Below, piece by piece: positions 23,393 to 24,000 of a stretch of 24,000 nt of DNA. This stretch comes from Thomasclavelia spiroformis DSM 1552. GTDB lineage: Bacteria > Bacillota_I > Bacilli_A > Erysipelotrichales > Coprobacillaceae. The stretch's first letter is position 1, and every line of letters begins with the position of its first letter. A program made the translations under genes and the position numbers. The notes beneath the pieces were generated by a model. That model searched no databases and was not told where the DNA came from. It worked only from the letters and a program-made list of their open reading frames with translations. The stretch covers positions 2,095,596 through 2,119,595 of the forward strand of contig NZ_CP102275.1 in NCBI RefSeq assembly GCF_025149465.1. Reading direction: 5' to 3'.

Positions 23393-24000
23393 AAGATATA
23401 TAGTTTTTTTGATCGGACTGTTTATCAGTTCATTAGGGGTAAGTATTATTACAAAAGCTAATTTAGGAACATCCCCAATCTCCTCAATTCCTTATGTACT
23501 AAGTTTGAAATTTTCTCTAACTCTTGGACAATTTACAATTCTTTTTAGTATTTTATTAGTAGCTTTACAATTATTAATTTTAAGAAAAAATTTTAAATTA
23601 GAACATTTATTACAAATTCCTATCTCTTTTTTATTTGGATACTTCATTGACTATACGATGATTTTATTATCAAAAATGTCATTTAATAAAAATTATTTAT
23701 TTTCAATCATATTTCTAATTATCGGTTGTTTAGTATTAGCTATTGGCGTATATTTAGAAGTTATAGCAAACGTTGCCATGCTTCCAGGGGAATCATTTGT
23801 AAGAGCAATAAGCGACACATGGCATAAAAAATTTGGTACTATAAAAGTAATTTTTGATGTCTCAATGACAGTCATTGCTGGAATATTATCATTTGTCTTT
23901 TTTTATCAACTTCAAGGTATTCGTGAAGGAACAATTGTTGCTGCTATATTAGTTGGATTTATCGTTGGAATATTTAATAATTTATTTTCCAAGATCAAAG
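23379..24000 (+). CDS. DUF6198 / YczE-like polytopic membrane protein; 5' 207 codons, continues past the right window edge
   Basis: Absent from the ORF track because it has no stop in the window. My own translation from the GTG at 23379 is MIKIKRYIVFLIGLFISSLGVSIITKANLGTSPISSIPYVLSLKFSLTLGQFTILFSILLVALQLLILRK...GIREGTIVAAILVGFIVGIFNNLF. It overlaps the MarR stop by 14 nt. The start codon is uncertain because the SD (GAAGGG) is weak. Confidence 0.65.
   Translation, partial: MIKIKRYIVFLIGLFISSLGVSIITKANLGTSPISSIPYVLSLKFSLTLGQFTILFSILLVALQLLILRKNFKLEHLLQIPISFLFGYFIDYTMILLSKMSFNKNYLFSIIFLIIGCLVLAIGVYLEVIANVAMLPGESFVRAISDTWHKKFGTIKVIFDVSMTVIAGILSFVFFYQLQGIREGTIVAAILVGFIVGIFNNLFSKIK

Noticed and set aside
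23693-23875. A 60-aa minus-strand ORF.
   Set aside because: It lies antisense within the DUF6198-like membrane protein gene, which reads openly to the window edge.

Overview
This is a low-GC, Firmicutes-type chromosomal segment organised around mannose/mannoside use. All family calls below come from motif recognition by eye; no searches, folds or statistics were run.

**Minus strand**
- Three paralogous GH92-family (alpha-mannosidase family) genes.
- One is cut by the left window edge (1-726).
- Two are giant and complete (2698-7245, 1515 aa; 15646-21225, 1859 aa). Both carry signal peptides, F5/8-type-C (CBM32-like) modules, FIVAR repeat arrays and a C-terminal SVKTGD + hydrophobic + basic sorting signal.
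- A mannose-family PTS operon (IIAB, IIC, IID, DUF956) sits at 7481-10678.

**Plus strand, divergent from the man operon**
- A PRD/EIIB-like/EIIA-like transcriptional activator (MtlR/ManR/LicR type) is followed by split fructose/mannitol-family PTS EIIA, EIIC and EIIB genes (10992-14932).

**Other content**
- An IS110-family element (transposase 1037-2221) lies between GH92 paralog 1 and its upstream region.
- At the right end, a MATE efflux gene is divergent from a MarR regulator. The MarR stop overlaps the start of a DUF6198/YczE-like membrane protein gene that runs off the window.

**Main hunt results**
1. A TTTGTAA-N6/7-TTAC(A/G)AA inverted repeat recurs 8-9 bp upstream of the predicted -35 of GH92 genes and of the PRD-regulator/PTS operon. 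This suggests one regulon coupling surface mannosidases to PTS sensing.
2. The IS110 element appears to have inserted inside one such palindrome, separating GH92 paralog 1 from its upstream control DNA.
3. Its 156-nt 5' non-coding end is a candidate bridge-RNA locus.
4. There is an orphan duplicated promoter/operator module.
5. A near-identical nucleotide tract is shared by the 3' ends of the two otherwise diverged giant genes.

No CRISPR, tRNA, rRNA or recognisable defence genes were seen.
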